Source of the DNA: Eledone cirrhosa | Taxonomy: Eukaryota | Assembly (NCBI GenBank): GCA_964016885.1 | Contig: OZ024751.1 | Location: forward strand, 3,658,001-3,722,000 | DNA: 64,000 bases | Reading direction: 5' to 3' | Shown here: in pieces, positions 1-11,879 of the stretch | Layout of the letters: every line of letters begins with the position of its first letter | Position numbering within the stretch: the stretch's first letter is position 1 | The notes under the pieces: model-generated | Told to the model about the DNA's origin: nothing | What the model saw: only the letters and a program-made list of their open reading frames with translations | The model's database searches: none | Made by a program: the position numbers and the translations under genes

Positions 1-58
1 AAGTACCAGTAATGTACTTGGGTAATTGCTGGCCTTGTGCCAATACTAGAAACAATTA
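1..58 (+). mobile_element. 3' tail of tRNA-derived SINE family A (cut by window edge)
   Basis: aagtaccagtaatg...ggccttgtgccaatactagaaacaatt matches the tail of full copies at 18906 and 30106. Confidence 0.8.
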
Positions 59-399
59 TATATTTTTTTAATTTACTATACTTATATATATGTATCATTT
101 GATATTTAATATACTATTATATCGTCTCTACCGCCCCCTTAGGCCCCAGCGCTCCCTGGACCTTCTCAACTCCCCCCACCCCCATTGGGGGCAGTGGCGC
201 CAACATTGAGAATTTCTGATGTAAAATATAATAGAAAATATAAGTGAGTTTAGAAGTCGTCAAATATGCAGCGAAAAAGTCGGCCTGGCATATACATTAA
301 TCTGAGCTCAAAAGGTTTGTTAGACGTTTACCTACATATATGTACGAGAGGGTCTAATGGGGTTGTTCTTACTGACGATTGTCCTAAGTATGCCTTAAC

Positions 400-690
400 T
401 TCTTCTTCGCCCACCTATTGCTGAAAGGGTCATGGGGACAGGGTCCTCAAACACTCCCTCCAGCGAATCCTGTCAGAAGCAACCGTCTCCAACTGATCCG
501 GCTGGATCCCCAAGCGTAACTAGCCAAGCTCATGGATATTATCCAACCATCTTGCTCGGGGTCTACCCCTGGCTCTCCTGTTTTTGCCTGTAAAATCTGT
601 CCAGCGATTCTTTCCTGAGACATTCTAACCACATGCCCACAGCATCAGAGCTGCTATTCGGAGAAGTAGACTCTATACCTGGAGATGTCT
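400..690 (-). pseudogene. RTE-clade LINE 3' fragment
   Basis: Minus-strand translation across a frameshift gives GHVVRMSQERIAGQIL...GRPRARWLDNIHEL, typical of the RTE ORF C-terminus. Confidence 0.65.
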
Positions 691-743
691 TAACTGATGA
701 CTATAATATACGTTATATATACTATAGCGTATATAATAGTAAA

Positions 744-903
744 GGTAGCGAATTATCAGATTCGTAAGAACCTCGGATAGAATGTTTAGTGGTTTTCGTT
801 CCAGCTTTCTGCACAAATTCTGCACAAAGTTGACCTCGTCGAACTTTGCTTTTCATCATTTTGAGGTCAATAAATAAAGTACCTCACTATTACTAGGGTC
901 GAT
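744..903 (+). mobile_element. Old diverged SINE copy related to family A
   Basis: aactttgcttttcatcattttgaggtcaataaataaagtacc resembles the family A core aactttgcctttcatccttacggggtcgataaaataaagtacc. Confidence 0.55.
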
Positions 904-955
904 CCTTCGTCTATATCGCTTTCTCACTTCATCTCTGACACTCATTCACTCAGTC

Positions 956-961
<6 letters not shown>

Positions 962-1026
<65 letters not shown>
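962..1026. repeat. (CT)n microsatellite
   Basis: Direct reading. Confidence 0.95.
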
Positions 1027-1029
<3 letters not shown>

Positions 1030-1304
1030 CTTTCTTTCTCAACACCCCTGGAGAGGGAGGGCTTCTCCAGGTAAAAATGCCAAAGACAGAAGTAATATTG
1101 TGAAAGGTGCCGCGCAGCAGAAGAGGATGCCACCTCAACTCGGAATTACGTGGTTGTGAAGGAGGGAATTAACCTATTAGTCATATTTGCGCCTTAGAAA
1201 TTGTTAAGAAGAGGAGGGGGTGGAGAAGCAAATAGAAAATAGAAACAAAAAATGATAAATATTTGAGAATAATATCAAAGGAAATTTACTAAAATAGGTT
1301 TCCG

Positions 1305-2090
1305 TAGATGTGGTGGTGTGGTGGGGTGGTGTGGCGGTGGTGTGGTGTGTGTGGTGTAGAGCGGTGCGGTGTGGTGGAGGGGTATGGAGGAGTGTGGTGT
1401 GGGGTGGGGTATCGTGGAGTGGGATGTAGTGTGGTGTGGTGTAGTATAGAAAGGTGGTATGTGTTGTGGAATGGTCGGGTGTGTTAGGAGGGGTACTGTC
1501 GAAGCGTAACCTAAGCCAGCTAGGGGTCGATGTGGTTCGATCAATTAAACAGACGTCGAGTAAATAGTAGATCGTTGGTGGCAGTGGTGGTGGTGGGTTG
1601 ATGTTGGTGGTATTGGAAGGGGGTGTTGTTGTTGTTGGTGGTGGTGGCGGTGGTCGTCGTCGTCGTCGTGAGAAAGAAACATGCAACACAGCCAAGCTCC
1701 GTATCAAATTGCTGCCTTTCTAACAATATATGACTGGAGACTAATTATACAAAGCGTCTGGGGCGGCGCAGCGTACTGGGTGGTTGTGGAAAGGGGTGTT
1801 GGTAGTACTAGTAAATACTGGGGAGGGTTATGATGGTAGTGGTGGTGATGATGGTGGCAGTGGCGGTCGTTGTTGTAGTGCTGGTGGTGGTGGTGATTGT
1901 AGTAGATCTGACGATAGTGGTAGAGTTGCTGCTGATAGTAGTGGTGGTGGTGATTGTAGTAGAGCTGGGGGTGGTGATAGCAGTTTGTAGAGTTAGTGGT
2001 TGCGGCAGTACTTCTTATATCGATGGTGGTATTGATGTTGTTGTTGGTGGTAGTGTCAGTAGTGTCAGCGGATGTTAGGGGGTGAGGGAA
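1305..2090. repeat. G/T-rich low-complexity tract (GTGTG, GGT, GTA, GTT)
   Basis: Direct reading; overlapping ORFs are homopolymeric artefacts. Confidence 0.85.
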
Positions 2091-2252
2091 GGGTTCCATG
2101 TGGGAATGTTACGTCACAAAAGATAGCAAGGAGTCATTTGGTTAAAGTTAAATTAGGGTGGCGGTTCTGTAACAGTCAGTTCTGTATAATGTTTAATTAT
2201 GTAACAGTATCTACCATCTTACTATACACCCAATAAGGATCACATGTGTATG

Positions 2253-2286
<34 letters not shown>

Positions 2287-2289
2287 TGT

Positions 2290-2693
2290 ATGACCCCTTA
2301 GCCTTTGTCAGGGCAGAATTCTAGTAGAAGGAAAACTCTGATATAACACCTGCAACCCTGATGGTATCCAATGATGTTGACTTGTTCTTCTTTTTGGTAA
2401 ATATCATCTTGGTTAAGAGAGTGGGACTGGCTTTGTGCAGTGCCTTTGCTCACTATAAAAGCTTCACGACACAGGCATTGCTTTATATCTGGAGATCTCT
2501 CTGCCCTTGTCGTCACATGGTACCATGGGCCCAGCACTATGTGTCAATAATTGTCACAAGTGTAGTGTTTGTACCAGAGTTTTCAAGTCACTGGCTGGAC
2601 TAAAAAGTCACACTCGTTCAGCGCATCGGTAGGGGTTATCCTACATGGATATAAAGTAGTGGCCGTACTCGAAAACGAGTTAGCAGCCACCAT
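2290..2693 (+). mobile_element. Non-autonomous RTE-derived element family B, 5'-truncated
   Basis: Near-identical to 9050-9640, 5315-5927 and 49875-50287; RTE 5'UTR-like agaaggaaaactctga; flanked by (TATG)n. Confidence 0.7.
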
Positions 2694-3464
2694 GTATGTA
2701 TGTATGTATGTATGTATGTATGTATGTATGTATGTATGTATAGCATTATCTGTAAGCGTGAAAAGGAAAAAGGAAAAAAGAAAACAGTGCTCAATCAGGA
2801 AAAGAGGAGAAATATTACATTATTTATGTTCATACACAAAATAAAGTTGATGCCCGAGCTTTCAAGGCCCAAATTTCACCACACTCCGAGTTTATAAGAT
2901 ATCGTTTAAAGTAAATTTACTCTTAACGGTATCTTATAAACTTGTATTAGCGCCCGAAGAAAGATCACTATTTTGATGCTTCTTGTTTTTTTTGTTGTTG
3001 TTCTTTTTTTGTTGTTTTTTTTGGGGGGGAGGGGGGGGGGGGGGCTTGAATTTTTGGGCTGTTTGCCTAATTCCAAACGAAACGAATATTATTATTAATA
3101 TTCGAAAACCTCAGATTACATTTATTGTATTCAGCCATGTAGAGCGATAATTATTTGTTAGTTATTATATATATATGTATATATAAGTATATTTGTGTGT
3201 GCGTATGTATATGTATGCGTATGCGTCGGCGCATATTTATGCACTGGCCTAAATCTTAAATATTATTTACTTTTACTATTTTAATAACTTCTGTCATGTC
3301 CGATTAACAACTTTATTTACAATATTTTTATACTCCGGAGCTGAGAATCATCTACCTATTCTAACCACTTCATTTACACCATAAACGTTTTTTTGTCTTT
3401 GTGTGAAATCGTTCTCATCGCTCCACATAACATCGTAATTATCCCCACTTGTTTCCGTTCATTT

Positions 3465-3630
3465 TCAGGGAACGTCTTCATGAACCAAAGTATCGTCTTC
3501 CTGTCTTCCTTCGGTTGTAACGTTTTTCGAAATATTTACATTTGCGTTCACAGATTGATTTTTTTTTATGTTTCGGAAGATCCCGTTAAGGGTCGAAGCA
3601 GCGATTCTTTGCTTAAACTCCATTCTGTTC

Positions 3631-3640
<10 letters not shown>
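3465..3640 (+). repeat. Dispersed repeat (other copies about 55815-55985 and 58790-58845), probable Penelope pLTR fragment
   Basis: Shared gaagatcccgttaagggtgaaagcagcgattctttgcttaaac ending at (TA)n. Confidence 0.55.
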
Positions 3641-3715
<75 letters not shown>

Positions 3716-3848
3716 GTGTTTGTGTGTGTGTGTGTAAACGAGCGTTCGTCGCCATTCTCTGTCTCTCTCTCTCTAACTGAATATCGTGTACCCCTCTCTG
3801 TATAACGGCCTATCTCTCTCTCTCTACCTCTCCCTCTCTCTCTTTAGA

Positions 3849-3899
<51 letters not shown>

Positions 3900-3949
3900 T
3901 TATATATATATATATATGTATATATATATGTTTATATATATATATATTG

Positions 3950-5263
3950 TTATAGTTGGGGAGAGTCATATTTGTGTAATAATATTGCCAGAATTAATAA
4001 CAGAACACACTCACTGTTTGGTTGGTTTTCGCTTCTGTGTCTTTTATATCGGTTAATTTAATTTATTCGGTCCTCAATGTTACCATTGACTGACCAACGG
4101 TCAAAAATACAGATATAATATAGACACAAACACATATATATAGTCTAACAAAGTTCTTTCGTTGCACATCTGCAACATCGTCAGTGGTGCTATTATGTTT
4201 TCTCCCGTTCTATAGTATGCCTATGCCATCTTTATTTAGTCTGTTTATTTATTTATTTATTTATTTTTGTCTTCTCTGCGCATGCGTTTGCGTGTATGTG
4301 TAGTGTTTGATGTGTGTTCGTGTTTGGGTGACTGTATTTTGGTTATTGTATTCTATCTTAGTTTATATGTGTTTGTTGTTATTGTGCTTGTGTATGTATT
4401 TATTTATTTATTTATACTTCTCTTAGGTCAGTATTGTTTGTTTGGGTGATGTTGTTATTCCATTCATTTTTTTCTGTTTAGCCTTGGCCTTCTAAGTTCT
4501 ATTTCGCTGGCCTCTCTGATTTGCCTATCTACTGAGTCATTTCTATGTTAAGATATTATTCTAATTTCTATGTTGTCTATGTTACCGTCGCGTTGTTGTC
4601 TGGCATGTTCGTATAGTACTGAACCGTTTTTTCGTCCTTTTAGTTCCCCCCAGTGTTGGTCTATCCTTTCACCTATGCTACGAGCTGTCTCGCCTATGTA
4701 TGTTGTTGTCATGTTTCTGCAAGTACCCTCTGTACATCTTATGCTATAGACTACGTTCCTAGTTTTACAGTTTATCTGGGGGTTTACTTTATATGTAATA
4801 CATTTCCTATTAGTACAGTGGGTTTTCTTAAAAGGGTAGGTTTTGCTGATCAGGGATTTTATGGTGGTTCCTGGCTGTTCTACCACCTTAATCTTTAAGT
4901 GGGTCTTTCTCAGGGCCTTTCTACACTGGTTAGCTAATTTCCCTCCAGGGGTAGAGTCCACAAACATGACACTCTGGTATCTCTGGTTGTCGTACCATAA
5001 GCCGGCTTTCCCTATCTTATGTCTAGTCCTATCTAAGCTATTCCATGATTTGCTCCTGTATAATGGGCAAATTCCTTTCATGTCCAGTTCTATGAGGGTT
5101 TTATACTTCTCCTTGGCTCCTTAATATACTCTGATTCTGTCTCTTTGGTTGTAGCCAGAAAACTGCATGCGGTTGATGAAGTGTTGGATGTGTCTTTCCA
5201 TTTCTGTTGGGTCGCACATGCGGGACACGTTCTTCATCACTCGTACAAAGTCTGCGATCAGAA
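3950..5263 (-). mobile_element. Penelope-like element, 5'-truncated (RT C-terminus, GIY-YIG, pLTR)
   Basis: ORF 4548-5081: YQSVMFVDSTPGG, NVVYSIRC...YIGETARSIGERIDQH; internal stops; degenerate hammerhead about 4146-4190. Confidence 0.85.
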
Positions 5264-5314
5264 TATATATATATATATATGTATATCTATATAAATATAT
5301 ATGTATATATATAT

Positions 5315-5927
5315 ATGGTGGCTGCCAACTCGTTTTCGAGTACGGCCACTACTTTATATCCATGTAGGAGAACCCCTACCGATGCGCTGAACGAGTGTGA
5401 CTTTTTAGTCCAGCCAGCGACTTGAAAACTCTGATACAAACACTACACTTGTGACAATTATTGACACATAGTGCTGGGCCCATGGTACCATGTGATGACA
5501 AGTGCAGAGAGATCTCCAGATATAAAGCAATGCCTGTGCTGTGAAGCTTTTATAGTGAGCAAAGGCACTGCACAAAGCCAGTCCCACTCTCTTAACCAAG
5601 ATGATATTTACCAAAAAGAAGAACAAGTCAACATCATTGGATACCATCAGGGTTGCAGGTGTTATATCAGAGTTTTCCTTCTCTTAGAATTCTGCCTTGA
5701 CAAAGGCTAAGGGGTCATCTCTCCCAGTGATTTTGGATAGCCATTGACTCTTAAGAGCTCCTTTGCCCTTCGACAGGTTTTGTTTTTAGTCCTGCAGGAT
5801 GTCCAAAGTCACCCTCCTCACCAAGAAACCTTGGTGGGGTTGCCAGTTTAGTCGCCAACGACCCGACCATGAGACAGGTTGTACTGGGATACATGTTACC
5901 AGTAGCACCAAGTGGTGACCTGACATA
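5315..5927 (-). mobile_element. Non-autonomous RTE-derived element family B, longest copy
   Basis: Reverse complement of 9050-9640 with extra 5' bases; sits in (TA)n. Confidence 0.75.
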
Positions 5928-5964
<37 letters not shown>

Positions 5965-5969
5965 TATAT

Positions 5970-6095
5970 AGGAAAAAGTATGACTCTGACGGCAGAGCTC
6001 AAGCCGTTTCGACGGCTATTTCCCACTCTACTACCCTAAGTATTGAGTACTCTGGTGCGTTATGGTCCATCTGGTTTCTTACCACAATTCCTTTG

Positions 6096-6100
<5 letters not shown>
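5970..6100. repeat. Dispersed repeat with inverted head (copies 51440-51490, 53562-53750, 61245-61405)
   Basis: Shared gccgtttcgacggcta hairpin; three copies also share ctaagtattgagtactctggtgcgttatggtccatctgg. Confidence 0.7.
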
Positions 6101-6153
<53 letters not shown>

Positions 6154-6657
6154 GCGAGAATCGTATTTCGGCTTAGGAATTAACGAAAAACAGCTCCTGA
6201 GATGTGTGGCAAGCGCTCAATGATTCAGATGAACCAGAGCTACAACATACGTTAAAGGCCAAACACACTGAGACGATGGTTAAACAATCATCCGCACAAC
6301 CATAAAAATGACCAAGTAATTCGGGTCAAACAAATAAAAATATATGTGATTGAAAATATATATATATATAGTAATAATAATAAATATAAAATAGTAATAA
6401 TAATAAATTTGACGACTAAAATCCATATAAAAAATATATATGTATTTATATATATGTATATATATACATATATGTATATACATATGTATATATAGTATTA
6501 AGTATACTATCTATGGTTATGCAAATACAAAAACCTTTTGTAGTTATATATATTTTTATAAACCCTAAATAGTGGTAGGCAGTAATATATTACTACCTTT
6601 TTACCAGTAAGTTAAATAGCTCAATGTAATAACATCAGATGATTTACAGAGCAGTTA

Positions 6658-8958
6658 TATGAATTATTAGAATCAAAGAACTGTTCAAAACATTTTTATG
6701 CTTACAACTGTTTCCTCCAAACCGAGGTTTGGATTCTTCGGAGCAATTTATTATTGAATGAACACTTATATGACCTCCTTTTCACCCAAGAGACATACAG
6801 ATACATATGCAAATATTGTGGGTCAACATTCATTACAGCATTCAGTGTGGCAGTACACATTTAGAGATTACATTCATATTAAAAGATACAATCAAAAATA
6901 CAGGTTAAAATACAACATGTAATTAAGCGGTTATAGAGTGCAATAGTTATACGTGTGGCAAGCACGTGCGTCTTGTTTATATAGTGTGGCTGAGAGTTAC
7001 GTGTAATAGAAGCACTTAAGCAGGTAATCAAGAGTGTTAAGGGGGTTGATCTGGTAATGAATTCTTTATATGATTGCTATAGCCTGTACGTGGAGAAATA
7101 ATATAAGCATTAAAAATAATGTAAGCATTAAAAATATTTAAAATATTGGAAATGCGTAGCGAAGCGATGATATGGATTTCATGCACTGCGACATTTTCAT
7201 AGTCCGGGGAGCGTATATTTCAGATTATATGCCCCTCACATAATCCACGACGATTCGATATTGGGCGTTTGACAATCCTGTTAGAGAATCGTAGTTTGAT
7301 GTTCTTTAGTTCAATACAGCAGGTTGATACGTTGCGAGAATCGACATCGAAATATTACCCGGAAGTGTGTGTGTGGCTAATGGGAGTTAATGCATGAGGG
7401 GAGGTAACTCAGTGGTTTCTATTACTAACTATTAAATTGTGTCTCAAAATAGTCCCTAACTTATATGGTTATGCGCAGTTTCTAAAAATTTAAAGTGTCT
7501 TAACTATAATGTAGTCTATTAAACTGTGCTGAAGGTGTTCCTATTATGGTGATTATCCTCCATCGTAGAGTGCCACAAATGAATATCATAATTAATGATC
7601 ACTGTGATTGCAGTCTACTCATAGAACCAAGCAAGGTGATTCCAGAATCACTTCAACGCACAATGATCCCTGGTACGTTCCGGGTCAGTGCATGCTATAT
7701 TGGATGTCGAAAGACAATCATCACTAGGGCAGACCAGAGGTCAATCCACACTCCTCATGTCACTAATATGACCATCAAATCATACATATATGTACAACCC
7801 ATACGCCACTTGCAATACATTCACTGCACTCAGCATACCGGTCGTACAGCTCATCAACGTTACTGGATTAATTAGTCTTCCATTTATCCAACGATGGCAC
7901 TTCCTCCGCATAGCACCAACAATACAATCAATTCAATGCTTAAATTTTACATTAACTATAAAGTGGTGTAGTGCAGTTCAAGCAACTGGATGTAGTCACA
8001 CCTAAAGTAGAAGTACAACGGGGTATTCCTACTGTGAAGGGTTCTAGAGGGATGTCCCGATTAGTGTTATATTAGATCAATGAGTGTGGGGATGTGGTAT
8101 AAAGTGTGCCCCTGGTGTTTGATGCTAGAGGTGGTGTCTGGTTCAAGTCTGACATTGCTATATATTGGGCTTAAAGTTTTGGAAGGAATGTCTGAAGCGG
8201 TGCTGGCAAGTTGCAAACACTTCAGATTTTTTGTTAAGTAGGTTACGGTTAGAGAAGATAATAGTGTGGGTCTCCAGTATACAGAGGTTACAAAATTTAT
8301 TAGGTGGTTTGTACGAAGTCGCGCTACCTATCACTTCCCATTTGAGTGTGTAAGGTTTATTTTTAGTTTTTAGATAGTGTATGTAGCTAGATAGTGAGGT
8401 GGAGCTGGCTAGACTGTGCTTTTTGAACGAGTGGATGTGCGAATTATACCTGGTTTTGAAGCAGTTAGAAGTGGAGCCTACATAGGTTTCTGAAGAGTTG
8501 CTAGTTGTGACGGTGCATGAGTATATGATATCCTTGGTTAGGCATTTTTTATCTAAAGGGCAGGTTCTATTTGCTCTACAGTTACAATTATTCTGGGTGT
8601 TAGTCTGCTGGTTATAATGCTGTGTGCCACACTATATAAACAAGACGCACGTGCTTGCCACACGTATAACTATTGCACTCTATAACCGCTTAATTACATG
8701 TTGTATTTTAACCTGTATTTTTGATTGTATCTTTTAATATGAATGTAATCTCTAAATGTGTATTGCCACACTGAATGCTGTAATGAATGTTGACCCACAA
8801 TATTTGCATATGTATCTGTATGTCTCTTGGGTGAAAAGGAGGTCATATAAGTGTGCATTCAATAATAAATTGCTCCGAAGAATCCAAACCTCGGTTTGGA
8901 GGAAACAGTTGTAAGCATAAAAATGTTTTGAACAGTTCTTTGATTCTAATAATTCATA
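6658..8958 (-). mobile_element. Naiad-type Penelope-like element, 5'-truncated, capped by an inverted pLTR copy
   Basis: 6658-6990 is the reverse complement of 8626-8958; GIY-YIG remnant inside; hammerhead-like motif with CCGAAGA core at 8871-8917 and mirrored near 6700-6745. Confidence 0.85.
8158..8620 (-). pseudogene. Penelope GIY-YIG endonuclease C-terminal fragment
   Basis: NCNCRANRTCPLDKKCL...IIYSCTV...YVGSTSNCFKTRYNSH...CNLCILE...CQHRFRH. Confidence 0.85.
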
Positions 8959-8977
8959 TGTATATATATATGTGTAT

Positions 8978-9009
<32 letters not shown>

Positions 9010-9049
9010 CTATATATATATATGTGTTTGTATGTATATATATATATAT

Positions 9050-9638
9050 CTACTGGTAACATATATCCCAGTACAACCTGTATCATGGTCGGGTCATTGG
9101 CGACGAAACTGGCAACCCCACCAAGGTTTCTTGGTGAGGAGGGTGACTTTGGACATCCTGCAGGACTAACAACAAAACCTGTCAAAGGGCAAAGGAGCTC
9201 TTAAGAGTCAATGGCCATCCAAAATCACCGGGAGAGATGACCCCTTAGCCTTTGTCAAGGCAGAATTCTAGGAGAAGGAAAACTCTGATATAACACCTGC
9301 AACGCTGATGGTATCTAATGATGTTGACTTGTTCTTCTTTTTGGTAAATATCATCTTGGTTAAGAGAGTGGGACTGGCTTTGTGCAGTGCCTTTGCTGAC
9401 TATAAAAGTTTCACGGCACAGGCATTGCTTTATATCTGGAGATCTCTCTGCACTTGTCGTCACATGGTACCATGGGCCCAGCACTATGTGTCAATAATTG
9501 TCACAAGTGTAGTGTTTGTACCAGAGTTTTCAAGTCGCTGGCTGGACTAAAAAGTCACACTCGTTCAGCGCATCGCTAGGGGTTCTCCTACATGGATATA
9601 AAGTAGTGGCCGTACTCGAAAACGAGTTGGCAGCCACC

Positions 9639-9640
<2 letters not shown>
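9050..9640 (+). mobile_element. Non-autonomous RTE-derived element family B
   Basis: ctaggagaaggaaaactctga (RTE 5'UTR-like); 3' tail ggccgtactcgaaaacgagttggcagccacc followed by (AT)n; no coding domain. Confidence 0.75.
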
Positions 9641-9715
<75 letters not shown>

Positions 9716-9866
9716 CATGAGTGCCTCAAAAATGGTGCAGCGGTGACCCTGGCTGTCTGTTAGCTATGACTCAATGTTCTGGCAAGTTTTACCATGCAAC
9801 ACAGTCATCATCTTCTAGAGTTCAAAAGCTAGCTAAACTGAAGTTGAAATATATATATATATAAGT

Positions 9867-9941
<75 letters not shown>

Positions 9942-9944
<3 letters not shown>

Positions 9945-10687
9945 CGTTTCTGAATTTGTTTACCAAGATTCTTTATCTGAAAACGTGTGTTGAAACCGAT
10001 AGTGTTATACTTTGGGAGGGTCATGTTGCCAATAAGAAACACACGCACCAGTTGCTTTCACTTCAATTTATTATAATAAATTTATAAATTTAGGAATTTA
10101 TAAATTTCCGGTTGGTTGGTTGGTTCCACAACCAGATGGTTGTTTATATATTGTCAAAGTTCTTTCGTCACACATTCTGTGACCTCTTCAGTGACTGGGG
10201 ATTCTTTTCTTTGTTATTATGTGCCTCTCCTTTGTTCTGTCCTACGCCATCTTGTTTTTGTGTGTGTGTTGTGTGCTTAGTTTGCGCATGTGTTACATCC
10301 GGGTGTCTGTGTGTGTTTATATTCGTTTATTTATTTGTTTATTTACATGTTACTGGTTGGTTGTTTGTTCTATGTGCGTGTGTGTTTTCATTTTGTCCTT
10401 AATTGTAAGTTGTGATGTTGCTGTTCCACTCATGTTTTCTATTTAATTTTGGTTGTAATTCATTTATGTTTATTGCCTCTGTGATTTGTCTAACCATTGC
10501 GTCTTTTCTGTGTGTAGATTCTATTTTTATTTCTATGTTCTCTAGTTTACCCTTATGTAAGATGTACTGTAGAGATAAAAATATAGTGAGACAGCTCGTA
10601 GTATAGGGGAACGGATAAATGAACACTGGCGAGACCTTCAAGATAGTAAAGAATCATCTGTACTCTACCAACATGCTAAAATAGAAC
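9942..10687 (-). mobile_element. Short Penelope copy with 5' inversion
   Basis: About 10000-10558 is colinear with 62600-63156; 10559-10687 is the inverted continuation (ETARSIGERINEHWRDL on +). Confidence 0.85.
10153..10195 (-). ncRNA. Minimal type I hammerhead ribozyme in pLTR
   Basis: gtca-CTGAAGA-g-gtcaca gaatg tgtgac-GAAA-gaactt-tgac; identical motif at 62751-62793 (-). Confidence 0.65.
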
Positions 10688-10765
10688 GTACGGTTCTTAT
10701 ATACTTGATATATATTTATCCTTATCGAGCCCTCTTTGGATTTTAGTCTTCAAATTTATTATTAT

Positions 10766-10801
<36 letters not shown>

Positions 10802-10944
10802 CGTTTTTGAATTTGTGTATGTATTCGTGCAAATAATTCAATATGTATATCTAACTTATACGATGCTATATATAACATATATAAAACCATATGTACATTT
10901 ACATATGAATAAATAATCATATATGTGTGTGCATATATATGTAA

Positions 10945-10993
<49 letters not shown>

Positions 10994-11879
10994 TACAAAT
11001 GTGATGCAATTAAGACATGGCCTGGGCCAATACTGGCCGAAACCTATCAAATGCAACTAAAATGTTAGTGTAATCATATTTCTTTCGTTTTCTTTGTTTT
11101 TGTTGTTTAACCCTAAGTCAACCTTCCTCCAATACACCTCTAATCAAAGAGGTTCCATCCACGAACATTCTGAATCTTTTTCAAACAATATTGCAGCTTT
11201 GGTCTTTTTTCCCTGTGGAGTCTGTAAAAACCAACAACCAGTAATATCGTCGTGTTTTAATTAGTTCATTACCATTTTGACATCAGCTGTTGACCTTAGA
11301 TTTAATTAATTAAATCATTGTTAATTACCCCAGCGACAGTTTGACACGTAAATCACCAGTGAAGTACATCTCCATTACAACATCTGTTGTTATTGTTGTT
11401 GATGTAGTTGTTATTGTTGTTTATGACATGTTCAGAGGAGAAAAGATGGTATCCGTGATCCTTTTCTGAGACTGGTAGATGAAAGGAGAGATGTAATTCT
11501 CAAATCGGAGATTTTACCTGGATATTTGCATCACTGTCGATGTTGGTATGGGCCGCGCTACGTATTAACTGTTCCACACCGGCCACTGCAACAGGCTCTA
11601 CGCAATATCCGCCTACTAAATTTCCCTTACAAGTTTTGTAAGCTGATTATGTTTTAAGAAATAATAGAAACTATTACACTTGTGTGTGTGTGTGAGTGTG
11701 CTTTTTCTATATCTTTGTCTGAGTGTGTGTGTTTGTCTGTGTGTGTGTTATGTTTGTCTTTCTGAGTGTGTGTGTTTGTCTGTCTGTGTGTGTGTGTCTG
11801 TGTGTGTGTTATGTTTGTATGCGTGTAAGTGTGATATAGAGTGATATATAGTTAAATACACACATTCGTGTAGAAAGGC

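Noticed and set aside
125-220. hAT MITE end
   Set aside because: Only a weak resemblance, with no partner TIR or TSD found.
1204-2099. Pro/Thr/His-rich ORFs as a mucin-like gene
   Set aside because: Simple-repeat artefacts open in several frames, with no domain or splice evidence.
2298-2603. Conserved 79-80 aa ORFs repeated at four loci
   Set aside because: They recur only because the family B copies are nearly identical; no protein motif is recognisable.
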